64,000 nucleotides of DNA from Tubiluchus corallicola. Its lineage: Eukaryota > Animalia > Priapulida. The stretch is from positions 186,001-250,000 of the forward strand of contig JAQGDQ010000300.1 in assembly GCA_030141605.1 (NCBI GenBank). Direction: 5' to 3'. This document shows positions 51,148 to 64,000 of the stretch, in pieces; the first letter of the stretch is position 1; every line of letters begins with the position of its first letter. The notes beneath the pieces are model-generated. The model saw only the letters and a program-made list of their open reading frames with translations, did no database searches and was not told the origin of the DNA. A program made the position numbers and the translations under genes.

Positions 51148-51740
51148 ACTGGCCACATGCTCCATCAAAAAGCGCACTCAACAATTCGCGTTTGTACTTT
51201 TTAAGACAGCTCAAATTGTTTAACACTGCTCCTGCTGTGATGGAGAGTTTTTATGGCACAGTAATTGAAAGCGTCTTAACAATATCCCTCACTGTTTAGA
51301 ATGGCGCTACCACGCACGGAGATCGCAATGCTCTTGATCAAGTTGTTAAATCCGCCTCAAAAATTATAAGAGTTGAACAGCAATCAATGGCATATTTGTA
51401 TGAAACTAGGGTCGCAGAGAGAGCCCAAGTTATCATGAAAGATGAATTCCATCCAGGTAATAAATATTTTGAAATGCTCCCCTCTGGTCGTAGATTCCGC
51501 TCAATTAACGCTAAAATCACAAGAACTTTAAATTCTTTCTGTCCAGGTGCAATTCACACCATCAACAGTAAATTTCAGTAAATCTCCAATGTTAATTCTT
51601 GATGTCACTGTACAACTGATTGAATTATTTGTGTTAATCTCCTTGTTGTTTCTATAAGTTATTGTAGTACGTAAAACCACGTAAATTTCATTGTATGTAT
51701 TATGCTATAATGACAATAAATTGCTTACTTACTTACTACT
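51148..51740 (+). mobile_element. Rex1/Babar-type LINE 3' end
   Basis: RLYFLRQLK, FYGTVIESVLT, HPGNKYFEMLPSGRRFRS and NSFCPGAI; AATAAA plus a (CTTA)n tail. Confidence 0.85.
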
Positions 51741-53526
51741 TAAGAACGACCAAAGACTGTTCGGGCACTAGCAAATAAAATAAGTCCTAAACCAAGACTT
51801 AAACTTTTAGTTGCCCCAAGTTTGTATGCGGAATTGTTAAAATGATGAAAAAATTAAATTTTAACCTAATTAAATTTTTACAATAAAATATGCGTAGTAT
51901 CTCAATAAAATTTTCTCTGGACTTCAATGCGCGCTTTTATGCGTTTTAAGCAAATTAAATATCCTAATGTCATAAAGCATTTCCAGAACTTCATTTTTCA
52001 ATGCTTTTGAAGCCATGTTTACACTACGGAGCTATGCGCGACCCGCCCTGGATCTTCTTAGTCCGTTTCTCACTTTTAAGGGCTTTGCCCACTTTTACCC
52101 CCGTTTACACTACGTGAAATTATATGAACATATTTTGCCTTTGTGTTATGAAAAACACTGTCGCGCCGCATGCAATGAAAAGTGCTTGGACGGCGCTGGC
52201 GAAAGAGTCACAGGGCATATTACATTACGAAACGAAAATAATATGAATTTTGGCGATATAGATCTTCTGAGACTAGGTGGTGGTGGGGGGGGGAGAAGTC
52301 CAGTATCCGTAGGTTAATAGTGTTTCTAATACACCACAAGTAATTGTTTACTCTGCTCATTACATAAGCAACCATAAATTCACAATAAATTCACTCAGCT
52401 GCAAGCAGTTACATCATTTGATCACTAATAATTGATTGCTTACTTGACAAGTAATTGCAGTAATTTTTGTTTTCAGTTTGTATAATTGCATGTAGTGTAT
52501 CTTATTATGTAATTGTAATGGTGTTTTTACCTAATAAACAAAACAAAAATAAAGATGGCGGAACAGAACTATCAGCTTAGGGCGCTGTAAAGTCTTGATA
52601 CTCCTCTGAATTTAATTGTCATCTACATCGAGAATGTTCTGCGTGCAGCGAGACGTATATTAAATAAAGAAAGTTTCTCTGCTATAATACCATGTTTTAT
52701 TAATGATAATAATAATAATATTATTATTATAAATCTTAGCATATTTTAACTTCACAAATGCATTAATTATACCTAACTATTTTGTGATGGATCTTCAACC
52801 ATTGGCTGCTGCTACAGTTATATCTGTTATTAAACTGTGTCTATAATTAACAAAACTGTAATTAACAGGGCTGAATAACAAAACTAATTAAGTTGCGTGT
52901 CATATTAGATCTGTATTAAAAATACACCAGTTTAGCTATGCAACTTTATTTCCATTATCTTAGCATCCGTTAAAGAATCACAAATTTTTTTACGTCTGCA
53001 AATGTTTAGTAAACATAATATGTTTTGCTCTCTTCTGCTAAATTTAAACGGCCTTCAAAAGTGAAGAACCAATAAAATGGTGGTAAGATTGCACAGAACT
53101 CTCTCAGGACTACATTTCATATTACACCCTTCATCACGCTCGGGTTACGATGCGGTTACGATGAGTTTAATATCATGCACTCAATCACTGTCGTATTAAT
53201 TTAATGCTTGCAATGAAGAATTCTCTTAAACGAGACGACATATACTACTAACAAAGTTGTGCAATCCTTTGACTGAACACTCTGTTTTGCTGAAGATGAA
53301 TGCGTTTTCGAGCTGATTTCACTAATTACCGTAATTATTAATTTGTGTTGCAAATCACTATTCGCTGAAATGCGTTTTGAAAGTGGCATAAGTAATTTCC
53401 AAAAACTTTTGAAACAGCTGCATAAAATGTAGAATTTGAAGATATTGAAAACTAAATTGACTTTTGTAACAAAGTGAAAGTTAGTGCGACACCGCTAAAG
53501 CGTAAGCAGTCTTCTTTATCAATAGC

Positions 53527-63805
<10,279 letters not shown>

Positions 63806-64000
63806 GTATGCGAATGGAAATTTTGCGTTTTTGCATGTCAGCTCTTATAAATAGTCACAATAATTATCATAAGCAATTTCTGTGTAACGTTTTTATCAAT
63901 TTAAAGACAACAGAATTTTTATAGAACTTTTCATAGAAACTTTGCTGAACTGTCGCCAACTTGAATCGGCACAGTGCTTTTTGACACCATGTCTCCAACT

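Overview
AT-rich, intron-rich invertebrate animal genomic DNA; the taxon cannot be fixed from sequence alone. I reconstructed four protein-coding genes by hand from splice sites and reading phase. (1) OAF (out at first), minus strand, 4 coding exons, about 269 aa. (2) A USF3/KIAA2018-type bHLH gene, plus strand, head-to-head with OAF: three small exons carry the bHLH and one 5.6-kb terminal exon follows, about 1958 aa. (3) A complete 15-exon SLC5A5/6/8/12-type Na+-coupled solute symporter, about 621 aa, with one probable GC-AG intron. (4) A tandem SLC5A paralogue whose exons 1-8 lie in the window before it runs off the right edge. The rest is mostly transposon debris and long microsatellites: CR1-group, Rex1/Babar and RTE LINE fragments, a Buster-type hAT remnant, TTAA-flanked Kolobok-like MITEs (one family has 5 copies), Tigger/Harbinger/MULE-like MITEs and a 1.5-kb foldback. 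I found no convincing new multi-gene system. The best leads are the foldback, the probable OAF/USF3 bidirectional promoter, MITE copies that record local CpG methylation, conserved short motifs in the USF3 tail, and an orphan ZNF143-type promoter at the left edge. Repeat boundaries are approximate, and comparisons to human genes are from memory.
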